Source: Nageia nagi
Lineage: Eukaryota > Plantae > Pinophyta
Assembly (NCBI GenBank): GCA_050084985.1
Contig: JBITNC010000001.1
Span: forward strand, 172,918,001-172,982,000
DNA: 64,000 bases
Direction: 5' to 3'
This document shows, piece by piece, positions 23,311-34,869 of this stretch. The translations under genes and the position numbers were made by a program. The stretch's first letter is position 1, and the number at the start of each line of letters is the position of its first letter. The notes under the pieces were generated by a model, which saw nothing but the letters and a program-made list of their open reading frames with translations, made no database searches and was not told where the DNA came from.

Positions 23311-24510
23311 TGGAGAATATTCTTGTGGATATTATTGGTGGTGTAAGGTAATGCAAGAACTAAAGAGTCTTGCATAATTACATGGTGCATACTTTTAGGT
23401 AGATAGAAAACCATGCTCTATTTCATTTTTTCAAAAAGTATTGCTAATAAATATTTATACAAATAGACATTATCCATAGTGCCAATACATAAATAACAAT
23501 ATGCATGATAACTTTATGTCAAGTATTGAACTTTATTAAGAGGTTTTGTCCACATGATGTAATATTAGTTGTTCACCTCCATTGGAAAAATTTGCATCAT
23601 ACTCACCTGACAAACTATTGCAGTATCAAGATATTTGTGAGAGATAATGATAGAAAAAATTATTGAGAATGTTGTAATGATAAGACATAATTAATATGTA
23701 ATTCTTATGTCACTAAACTCCCAAACAAGTTTACACCATGAATAATTAGAGAACTAGAGCATAGAATATAACAAGACTTGTTAGAAGAACTCACTTGTGA
23801 AAATTCACTATCATAGAAATGAATTACAATGATTCAAGAGCATATAAGAATTAAAGATAATTGTAGTTGTAGTATGCCTCATTTAAAAGGATGAAATCTT
23901 GTGTCTATAATTGAAATTATAGAAAAATCAAGGTTCATAATATATTTTAAATCATTAAATATATACTTTCCATTACATGAAGAAAAAATGAAAATCAACA
24001 CAAAATGTGTAATTTCTCATATAAGTTGATCAACATCAACTTGTAAGAAAACTCAAACTAGTTGCAATTGAAGATTCATTCTTTGGTATTTAATACAACA
24101 TTATCCTTACTTTACCTATCAATATGCAATTCTAAAAATAAACAAAACATTACTTGAATAATATTACATTACAAATATAAAGGGTCCTTCTTTGTGCAAA
24201 ATAAGCTCAATATATGTCTTGTTAATCCCATAGAAAATCAAGTGATCATGAACCTATACAAAAATAACTATCTTTAAAATTTAAGCACTTTTGACATGGA
24301 CATATAGTTATTTCAGAGTATATTAAATTCATTCTTGCGAAATATAAATATTGTTAACCCCATGATAAATATCCTTATTATTTATGCAAATAGACCCCAA
24401 AAAAATAAGTATAATTATACGAGTAGATCTGATTGATAGCACAACTTTTATTCATTAAGAGAGATAACATAGTTGAAATACCTAGATTCTTGTAACCAAG
24501 TTTTATCCAT
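23310..24510 (-). pseudogene. N-terminal relic of a CACTA (En/Spm) TnpD-type transposase including the transposase-associated domain
   Basis: Minus strand: MDKTWLQESR (from 24510), GVNN..FARMN....ICPCQKCLNF and VHDHLIFYGINKTYIELILHKEG (24360-24180), matching MDKSW..R / GV..F..FA / CPC..C.N / V.DHL...G....Y..W..HGE. Weaker KLSCILLF and LPKS..LALPY..IH at ~23520-23325. Confidence 0.75.
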
Positions 24511-24808
24511 GATACTTGACAAAAGATATCCTTATAGAACTTGTAGAGACCCTAATTTAGTCTAAGTGAGTTAAAAAAACTTGTATTCAAATAGATCATA
24601 TTCTCTTTTGATACCATCCTAATTGGCATCTCCTCTGGTGTATATGATTGCTTGAATCAAGGAGTTGGATAAACTATGTTGGATTTTATATTTAAGATTT
24701 ATCTATGATTAAGAAATTTTAGTATTTTTATATTTTAATACTAAAGTACATGTATTCATTAATAAACAAGAGTTAATCATTCTTGAATATGGTCATTTGA
24801 ATAGTAAT

Positions 24809-25000
24809 CACTAGACCAAAAAAGGGATTTGGGGGTGGGAATTTTGAGGTTATTTTGTTGTGATATTTTTTAATCACCTCTACTTTTTCATCAAATGGTG
24901 GTGTTATTGGTATGATTTTTACTTGCTACCAAAAATATTTTTGGGGTGATGAAAAATTGCCCCTTTGTGAAAATGAGAAAAAATAAAAAGAGGTGCATTC
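24809..25000 (+). mobile_element. CACTA-like left terminus with decayed subterminal repeats
   Basis: CACTAGACCAAAAAAGGG at 24809, then short inverted motifs (e.g. TTGGGGTGATGAAAAATTGCCCC). No matching right terminus found in the window. Confidence 0.4.
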
Positions 25001-28000
25001 AGGGAGTTGGGGTTTATTTCAATTTTTTTGAGCATAGGGGTTAGAGGAGAGAGGGCATTTGGTTTATCATTGAGGTGAGAGAGGAGATGGGAGACTAAAA
25101 AAAGCTAAGGGGAAGGGAGAGGGATTGAGAGAGGGCATTTGGTTTTTCATGCATAAAGAGGAGAGGGGAGATTGATGAAGGGAAATAAGGTACCTTATCA
25201 CATGCTAATATTATTGATTTTAATGGCATTTAGATATTTTAGCATGAGGTTTAATGATGTTGGAGGTACTTCCAAAGATTTAATCCCCCACTTGTGTCAG
25301 TTCTCCATTGTGTTCACCTTGTCCATTTAAGAATCTTGCATCAAAATTATGGAGTTTTAACTAATTGGAATTGATTATGTGATGTGTTTATCCTTTCAAA
25401 GTAATATATTTACCTATAATATAAATATGATTTTCTTTATAATGAAAGGGGACTATTAATTAGGGCCAGAGCTTGGAGGCATCATTGCTTTGGAAGCATA
25501 ATGTGACAACACCTTATCTCTGCTATACTAAGTTCACCTTTCAATTTAAGGATTACACAGTTTGCCTCTTCATTACCTTTTAAGTGGTAAGTATAACTTT
25601 TTTATGCTTTAATTTCTTATTTAAAACTTGAATGTGAGATGGATATGTTGTAAAAATTCCAATTTTTGTTATTTCTTGGTTTAGGCTAATACTATCGCTA
25701 GTAACAATGGTCGGATTTTACCTCTTCAACTAAGGGTTTACTAAGTAATTACCTTAAAATTTGGTATAACCCTTTATTGAGTTTGATCATATCTCATGTT
25801 CCCCTTTTCCTTACAATTGCAAGCTAGATTACCATAGGTAATGGGTAGCAATTTGCTATTATATTGATGATAATTCCATGGTTAGAACTAGCTAGTAAAT
25901 GGTTTATGGTATCATTTATTTGGAATCACTTTGTGGAAATGAAGGTCTTGATCAAATTTTGAGAGTCCCAGAGTCACTTTAAAGATGTAATTTAAGGGTT
26001 GAAATCTTATGTGTGCATGGCTAACCTCATGTAAATATTTTTATTTCATTTTTGGCATGATGCATTTCTCCCCTTGTATGGTTGAAGTAATGTAATTCAA
26101 AATTCATAGATAATAACAATATGCATGTTATCATGCTAGATAATTTAAGCTAATGGGCTTATTGGTATGTTATCTCATGATTAGTTTTGCCCCTTTTTTT
26201 CTTATAGTAACCTCAGGCAATGTTTCATGTTGAAACTTTTTGAATAATGATAGTAGGATGAAGATGGTAGTTTCTATTTTGCCTATGATCTTTGAAGAAC
26301 ATCTAAGTTGGGATCTAGTATTCATTTTGCACTAGTGACTAGTTTAGTGTTGCTTGATAGTTAACATTGACTGATGGCTATGTTGAAATTGGGGAGATAA
26401 GAGCCTTATTAGATTATATGTATTGGATTCTTTTTGGTAAATGATCCACAAAAATAAGAACAAGTTTATACTTATAGATATCCTTTTTGTAAATGATAAA
26501 AAATAAAAAATAGAAACAAGTATAGATATTTTTATGCTTTATTGACATAATTTGGGTTATATTTGATGTTGATTCCAATATTTGAATATGAGATAATAAT
26601 GTTTTATAATATTCATCAAGCACTTGGAAAGTTACAGAGCATTTTGAGTTATGAAAAATGACATACTTGATGCTCTCTTTGCACTTGCAAATTATAAACA
26701 ACAATGACATGATTATAAACATTGATATGATTATAAGCATTGAATTGTGAGAAATCACTATGATAAGAATGATAATGATACAAACATAATTGTTAATCGA
26801 TGCTATCTTTTAACAATTCTATTTACATTATCCTATTTGATATGCTATGTTGCTTACCTCCATGATAAGCATAATAAGATATAAAGATTGGATGTCTTTT
26901 CTCCTAGATAACCTACACAAAACATCATGAATTAAAAAAATTAGGGCTAGTTACATTTACAAGCTCTTAAATGATATATCTGCATTATGCTTCAACATTG
27001 TTCATAATGCTACCACATAACTAACCTGGATTCTTAAACTGTAGAGTTTGCAATATGATGAGGTAATCTATACCATATGACATGAAATGATTTTTCCCTA
27101 TAGATATAGGCATATAAAATGAACCAAAATACTTTATACCATATCTCCCCTCATCCTGCCTCATCTCATTTGGTCTCAACACATCTCCTCATGTCTGGTC
27201 TAGCCTCATCTCTCTAGTATTGCCAATACATCAAATACCAAGTGCACTATATGTATGATATGAAATGATCGAAATGCACCTCTCTCCTCTAATCCCTTAG
27301 CTTAAAAAATTTGAATTGATGAAAATATTTTAGGTGGATGAAAAAAATGGAACATGTTGTGGGCTCCTTCTTTACCTAGCTTGTAATACTTAGCCAAACA
27401 CAAAAAACACATGTGGTTCCCAAGTGGATGTTTTATTGTATATACAAAATGATGAGATAAAAATAATGGAACATGTTGTGGCTTCCTTCATTACTTGGAT
27501 TATATCAGAACCTTTATACAAATAAATTATGATATATGATATGAATCTATGTCTACATCATACATATTTCACATTGTAGTTCATGAAAATGTTTGTATCA
27601 TGTATCTTCCATATTTTGTATACATATTTATAAATTTTATGTTCCATTTCAAATTTTCAAAAAGTGCTTCTTAAGTGTGTGGATTTGTCTACTTCATGCT
27701 TGTAAATTGAATGTTGTGGTAGCAGTACTGTAGAGCATATTTGAATAATTTCATATCATATGGTATAATAGAATCATTTTAGACCAATATGGTGTAATTA
27801 GATCATTTCATATCATATGTTGATGCATTTGGATCATTTTATATTATATAGTGCACTTGATTATGAACATGCCTTTATCTTTCATCATTTGCATATATAT
27901 ATATAAATGATGAATAGTGAGTCCCATTAGGCCATACTTTGGTAGCCCATGGAAAACATCATAATTTGGCTCACTTTGATTGAGCTTAGGTGCCAAAATA

Positions 28001-28397
28001 ATCATAAACCCTAAATTGGGTATGTGGATGTGTCTACTTGGTGTTTTGTAAATTGAATGTTTTGGTTTTGAATTCTTGGATAGATATGTATGCAAAGTGT
28101 GGAATAATACTCAAGTCCCATAGACATGTATGTAAAATATGAGCTCTAGATGAAGGTATGGATATCTATCAAAGAGTATTTGAAAATGATTTTGCCTTGA
28201 ATATTATGGTTGTGAGTACCTTGATAAACATATATACAAAATGTGAAATAATACACAAGGCCTAATATTTATTTCACAAGATGCATGATGTGATATGAAA
28301 TGACATTTACTTAAAGTATAATGTTTCATCATGTAGCATATCCTGTAATCATAGGATTAAGCATCATACATGCATTTTTCACCTTCTTATCCAAGTA

Positions 28398-28830
28398 GGC
28401 TATATTGAGGGAGCTTTGAACTTCATTGCCAAAATACCCATAAACCCTAAATTGGATGTGGCATGTGTCTTATTTGTGTTTGTAAATCAAATGCTATGGT
28501 TCATGGAGGCTATCTTGAGGGAGCTTTGAACTTCACTACTAAATTACCCATAAACCTTGAATTGGGTGTGTGCATGTGTCTACTTAGTACTTGTATATCG
28601 AATGTTATGGTTTGAGAAAGCTATCTTAAGGAAGCTTTTAAATTCATTGCCAAAATACCCATAAACCTTGAATTGGGTTTCTAGATATGTTTACTTAGTA
28701 CTCATAAGTCAAATGTTGTGGTTTATGTAGGCTATGGGAGATTTGAACTTCATTGCCAAAATACCCATAAACCTTGAATTGGGTGTGTGGATGTGTCTAA
28801 TTGGTTCTTGTAAATCAAATGTTATTGGTT
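28398..28830 (+). repeat. ~111-bp PPR-derived subrepeat, 4 copies
   Basis: Units start ~28398, 28507, 28619, 28730; consensus translates GYLEGALNFIAKIPINPELGVCMCLLGACKSNVVVYV (S2/E1 junction). Confidence 0.88.
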
Positions 28831-30128
28831 TGTTTGACAAGATGCATAACATAAATAAAGTTTCATAGTCTATAATGATTGCATGATAAACAAAATGGTT
28901 TTTTTTTTAAAAGGGCCCATAGAAACATGAAACATGTAGAATAATACACAAAACCTAGGATAAGTTTGACAAAATGCATGATAGAAACATAGTTTTATGG
29001 TTTGGAATATTTGTAGGATTTACAAGTTTTCTAAAAGAATGCATAATAAATCAAAGCATAGATATATATTGCAAAATATATAAGAATACAATCCCATGGA
29101 TTGTGGAAGAATATTGTAATGTCATGGAATAAAATACCTACTTTCACCTAATCTCCTCTCCTCTCACCTTTCCAATACACTAAATACCCCTAAGTGAAAA
29201 AATACTCATAAACCCTGAATTGGGTGTGTGCATGTGTCATATGAAAATAATGGTTTTATGTTTATTAGGTTTTTATGTTCCATTTAATTTTGTATTCATG
29301 TATATTAGGTTTTATGTTCCATTTTGTTTTTTCAAAAAGTGCTACTTGGTTGTGTGGATGTGTATACTTGGTGCTTGTAATTCAAAATATTATGGTAGCA
29401 ATACTGTAGAGCATATTTGAGTAATATCATATCATATGATACAATAGAATCATTTTAGATCAATATGGTGTAATAAGATAATCTCATATCATATGTTGGT
29501 GCATTTGGATCATTTTATATCAGATGGTGCATTTTTTTATGAACATGCCTTTATCTTTCATCATGTGCATATATGTAAATGGTGACTAGTCAATTCTATT
29601 GGGCCATCCTTTAGTAGCTTGTGGTTAGTATCATAATTTAGCTCACTTTGATTGAGATTAGGTGTGAAAATACTCATAAACCTTGAATTGGGTGTGTGTA
29701 TGTGTCTACTTGGTGCTTTGTAAATCAAATGTTGTTGTTTTGAATGCTTGGATAGACATGTATGCAAAGTGTGGAACAATACTCAAGGCCCATAGATATA
29801 TATGCAAAATATGACCTCTAGAAGAAGGTATGGGCATCCATAAAAGAGTAGTTGAATGTGGTTTTACCTTGAATATTGTGGTTATGAATGCCTTGATAAA
29901 CACATAAGCAAAATGTGAAATAATACACTAGGCCCAATATTTATTTCACAAGATGCATTACATGATATGAAATGACACTTTCTTAAGGTATAGTGTTTCA
30001 TCATGTATCCAATTTTACACCTTATAATTACATATACTTAAAAGTATATACAAGTATTTAATTTTGTGCATATCCTACAATCATAGGATTAATCATTATA
30101 CATGCATTGTTAACCTTCTTGGCTTGCA

Positions 30129-30560
30129 AGCTATCTTAAGGGAGCTTTTAACTTCATTTTCAAAATACCCATAAACCCTAAATTGGATATGTGCATGTGT
30201 CTACTTCATACTTATAAATCAAATGTTATGGTTCATGTAGGCTATCTTGAGTGAAATTTAAACTTCATTTCCAAAATAATTGTAAACCCTGAATTAGGTG
30301 TGTGCATATGTCTACTTGGTACTTATAAATTGAATGTTATGGTTTGAAGAGGCTATCTTAAGGAAGCTTTTAAATTCATTACCAAAATACCCATAAACCT
30401 TGAAGTGGGTGTCTATATGTGTCCACTTGGTGCTCATAAATTGAATATTGTGGTTTGTGTAGGCTATGTGACCTTTTAACTTCATTACCAAAATAACCAT
30501 ATACCCTAAATTATGTGTGTGGATGTATTTGCTTAGTGCTTGTAAATTGAATGTTGTTGG
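30129..30560 (+). repeat. 111-bp PPR-derived subrepeat, 4 copies (second macro-unit)
   Basis: Units start at 30129, 30240, 30351, 30462 (period 111). Confidence 0.88.
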
Positions 30561-31389
30561 TTTATTTGAAAATATGCATAACCTATATAAAGTATCATAG
30601 TTTGAAATAATTTCATGATATACAAAATACATTTTAAAAAAAAGGTGCTTATACAAATGAAACATGTAGAAGAATAAAACAAGACCCAACATTTATTTGA
30701 CAAGATGCATGATGAAAACATAGTTTCACGATCTACAATGATTGCATGATACAAAAAATGGGTTTTTTGAAAAAGCCCATAGACACATGAAACATGTGGA
30801 AGAATACACAAGACCAAGGATAAGTTTAACAAAATGCATAACACAAACATAGTTTCATGGTTTGCAATATTTGTATGATTCATGAGTTTTCTAAAAGAAT
30901 GCATAAAAATTCAAAGCATAGATATATATTGTAGAATGTATAATAATACAAGCTTATGGTATGTGGAAGAATATTGCAAGGTCATGAACTAAAATACCTA
31001 CTTGTACCTTGTATCCTCTCCTCTCACCTCGTCAATACACCAAATGCCCCTAAGTGCCAAAATACTCGTAAACCCTAAATTGGGTGTGTGGATGTGTTAA
31101 ATGAAAATAATGGTTTTATGTTTATCAAGTTTTATGTTCCATTTAATTTTGCATTCATTTATATTAGGTTTTATGTTCCATTTCATTTTTTAAAAAAGTA
31201 CTAGTTGGGTATGTGCATATGTGTACTTCGTGCTTGTAAATCAAAATGTTGTGGTAAAAGTATTATAGAGCATATTTGAATAATTTCATATCATATGGTA
31301 CAATAGCATAAATTTAGACTAATATGGTGTAATAAGATAATTTCATATCATATGTTGGTGCATTTGGATCATTTTATATCATATGGTGG

Positions 31390-32574
31390 TGTAAATGCTT
31401 TAAAACCCCTACCCTTAAACCACTTAAAACACCTATGAGTAATTTCAAGGATCTTGATTCATTTCCATCTAATTTTCCTATGTGATTATTGAAAATATTG
31501 ATAAAGATAGATTTTAGAGTATGTCATTTATTTAATGTTACAAGAAGCTATTTATACCTGAAAGGAAAGAAAATATATTATGGGAGGCTTCAAATCACAA
31601 GTCCTTGGGACCTTGTGACCATCCAAGTGGGTTGAAACCCTAACTCAACAAGGTTGTGAGCCTCATTTGTCCTTAATCAAAAGGATACTAGAAATTATTG
31701 ATATGCCTTTTATGCAAGTATGATACTCAAGCATAAATTATAGATAAAATCCTAGATGAGCAAACTTGAAAAATGTATGTGACAATATTGACAATGTATG
31801 ACAAAGAATGTTTAAGATCTAAGTATGTGTAAGGATTTATCTAAAGTGATAAAATGTTGCAAATGATAATGGATTTAATATAAAACAAATATGGATCAAA
31901 ATACATAAATACTAATCATGTAATAATGATGCTCCAAACCCTAAGGTTTGGATCTTAGAGATTAAACCCTAGGTTAAAACTCTAGGTATGAAAACTAGCC
32001 TATGTATGCCTATATGCCAAATAATTATAAATATACCATAAAAGAGAGGATACAAGTATTCAAAATAGATTTATTTAAGCTCTAAAACCTATAATAACTC
32101 ATGAAATCAAATATAAATGACATAAGCTCTTTAAATAACCAAAATGTACCTCAATCCATGAAGTATGAAGGAGCAATCCCAAGGCATAAAGATGGAGGAC
32201 CAAAGCTTGATGTAAACCCTTTAAGATGATGTCACTTGCTTAGAATCAAATTTAGTTAAGTACAATAATTATAGAGCTCATGAAAAAGTATGTCTAACCT
32301 TGAAAAGTGAGCTTGATTTGCCTTTTATAGACATCAAATAGGATCATACAAATGACTAAGTGACCTATAAGATCATTTGGATAATTAGCCAATCATCCTG
32401 ATGACTAGAACCAAAGTGTTAGAAATGATTTAAAGGATGAAACAATGTTTATTTAACCTATTAAGAATGCTAGATAACACATTATATAGACATGATAATA
32501 CATGCTAATATCAACATAATAAATATCAATAAAACCTTATCAATAATGTAAAATGTAAATTTAGGATGTTTACA
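31390..32574 (-). repeat. 3' LTR (1185 bp)
   Basis: TGTAAA...TTTACA; direct repeat of 52390-53559 (roughly 85-92% by eye). PPT (minus strand AAAAAGGGACAAT) at 32575-32587. Confidence 0.93.
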
Positions 32575-34869
32575 ATTGTCCCTTTTTGTGTTAAGCTTTG
32601 AAACCTATGAGAAGATAAGAAAAAAACATGTTAAATGATAACTAATAATAATCAAATGATAAATGACATGAAAGCACAAAATGATTAGAATGAGAGTTGG
32701 TTTTTGCACATGACATACTTTATAAGATCATTTCAAAAATTCAACCCAAGTTTGGTTTCTATACATGATAAGCTGTATAAGACTGAGTTACACACTATAA
32801 AAATCCAATGAAGTTTGGTTTAGGCACATGATAAGTCATATAAGATGGATTTGGACATCATGATACTAACTTTTGATAAAATTTGATAAGTGGATCAAGT
32901 AGTTTGTAGAATAAGAAAACAAAATTTTAATGTATCTAATCTAATCTAAGTGTAGAAAGGGAAATGATCTCTAATTTTCCCCATAAGTTGAATGGTAACA
33001 AGAAAGTAAATGATCTTTGCTTTTCCATAGTAGTTGAAGGATGTATAAATTTGCTTTTCCCTAGTAGTTGAAGGGAAAGATAGTAGGCTTGTAGACCTAC
33101 CAAGCATTATATCATAGTATGCAGGTATACAATGCTTGAACAAGAGTGATAAATGATATCTACTTTGTCCTAGTAGTTGAAGGTGAAGGACCATAGGCTG
33201 ATTAACCTACTAAGCATTGAACCATAGCATGTAGGCATACAATGCTTAAAAAAAGTGATAAAGTTGAACATGATGATGTCTACATATATTGATCACTAAT
33301 CAATCATATCGAGCCAAGAATCATCCAATGAACACTCGTGCAAAAATATTAACCTTGCATCTAAGGTGTTCCTGATGATATCAAATTATACATGCTAAGA
33401 ATTTTAAAATTATTATCAATTTGAAATAATGTGTGAATCTCTCTCCCTCAAATGAGGAGGTGTGATGGATGATAAGATAAGATGCTTGACTATTTGACTT
33501 AATGGGCTAAAAAATGATGATAAGGATGGTAAATTTACAAAGTGACACAACACATACTAGATCGTCTAGGCAACTAAAAGGCTGTTTGAGAGACTATGGT
33601 TTGGGTGAATCATCTGAATGACCCCAAGTCACTAGGATGATCTGATCAATGTTAAAAGGAAAAAAATTAAAAGGCAAAAATAGGATTTATCTTGGTCATT
33701 TTGAAAATGACTTATGAAATATTTGAGCATTGAGAGTTTGAACTATGGATTATCAGATGATTGTGTGATCATTTGAACTTAGACAATGATGTGTGGCTTA
33801 TGGAGATAGGAGAGGGACCATGGTCATCATAGCTTTAGGAGTTGGAGGAGGACCATCAAACAAGAAGCCATCAATAAAAAAAGTAGGGTTTGAACCTCCT
33901 TAAGCTTGCTTTATGAATAATACACATCTCCTTTTTAATGTATTTATATGAACCATGTAGGGTTTATTTATATGATTAGAATGGTTAAAATAGAACATTC
34001 ATACGATGGAAGATGCATGTCATTGGGACTATAGAGGGGTAGCTAGGATTAAGAAATGGTAAACAATCAAACCTATTGAAGGCTTTACAAAACCAACATC
34101 GTAGGATACTTAGGGTTTGAAGAAATAAACCACTTGTTAGCTTTTTGTATTGGACTAATCAAATGGAACCAAGATAGTTATATGTAAGCAATGGGGTACA
34201 TAAGAAACAGTCATAGAATAACACAATAAACATATTAAACAATCAACCATATTTAAATCAAACATAGTAGGCAAATCAATATAGGCTAACATAAAAACAT
34301 AGGATAATAAACACTCCACTATGGTAAACAAGACAAGGGGTTAAACCAAACCAGAAATGGCCAAAGACCTAACTTAATAAATAGAAAGAAATTTTGAATG
34401 ACTATTGTACACATGTATTCAATGTATGGTTGAAGCTACTGGATTACATTAGGTTACATATTTTTGCAATGTGAATGCGTACCATGAATAGATTTCTTGT
34501 ATGTACAATTTTTTTTATTGAAAACATAGAGATTTTATTTTTTCATGCATACTAATTGTAAATTGTCCTACATATAGATAACCTAATTTAGGGGTTATCT
34601 AGGTATAGGATGATTTTATAGATCATCCAAATGACTGGACCAATTGACCAAAGGCATGATGATTAGGGTTAATTAGTCATCCTAGGTTAGAATGATTTTG
34701 ACATGAAGATGCAAATTTAAAAATATGTTAAATGAAACTGATCTAAACACCAAACATGCAATGTAGGGGATCAAAATAACTAACTTAAATAGTAGAATAA
34801 TGCAAATTTTAAATAATAACTTATCAAACTTAAAATTTTTACCAGATGAATATTTGATATAATTTTTGA

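Larger units (their letters stand above)
27630..31389 (+). repeat. ~1.7-1.9 kb tandem macro-repeat made of PPR fragments and ~28-bp CATTTCATATCATATGG-type units; third copy resumes at 53560-53943
   Basis: Landmark TTTATGTTCCATTT..AAAAAGT at ~27637, 29311 and 31170. PPR translations such as DMYAKCG, ALDEGMDIYQRVFENDFALNIMVVSTLINIYTKCEIIHKA*YLFHKMHD and LFDKMHD recur in each unit. Confidence 0.9.

Noticed and set aside
23575-23600. GRF zinc-finger motif (CKFFQW on the minus strand)
   Set aside because: Flanked by stops, lacks the upstream Cys/His ligands, and lies in the CACTA transposase relic region.
27630-31389. Functional PPR gene
   Set aside because: Frequent stops and frameshifts, scrambled motif order and interspersed non-coding repeat units.
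32395-32430. Hammerhead ribozyme core (CTGATGA...GAAA) in an LTR
   Set aside because: Stem II pairs poorly and CTGATGA is not conserved in the sister LTR (~53390).
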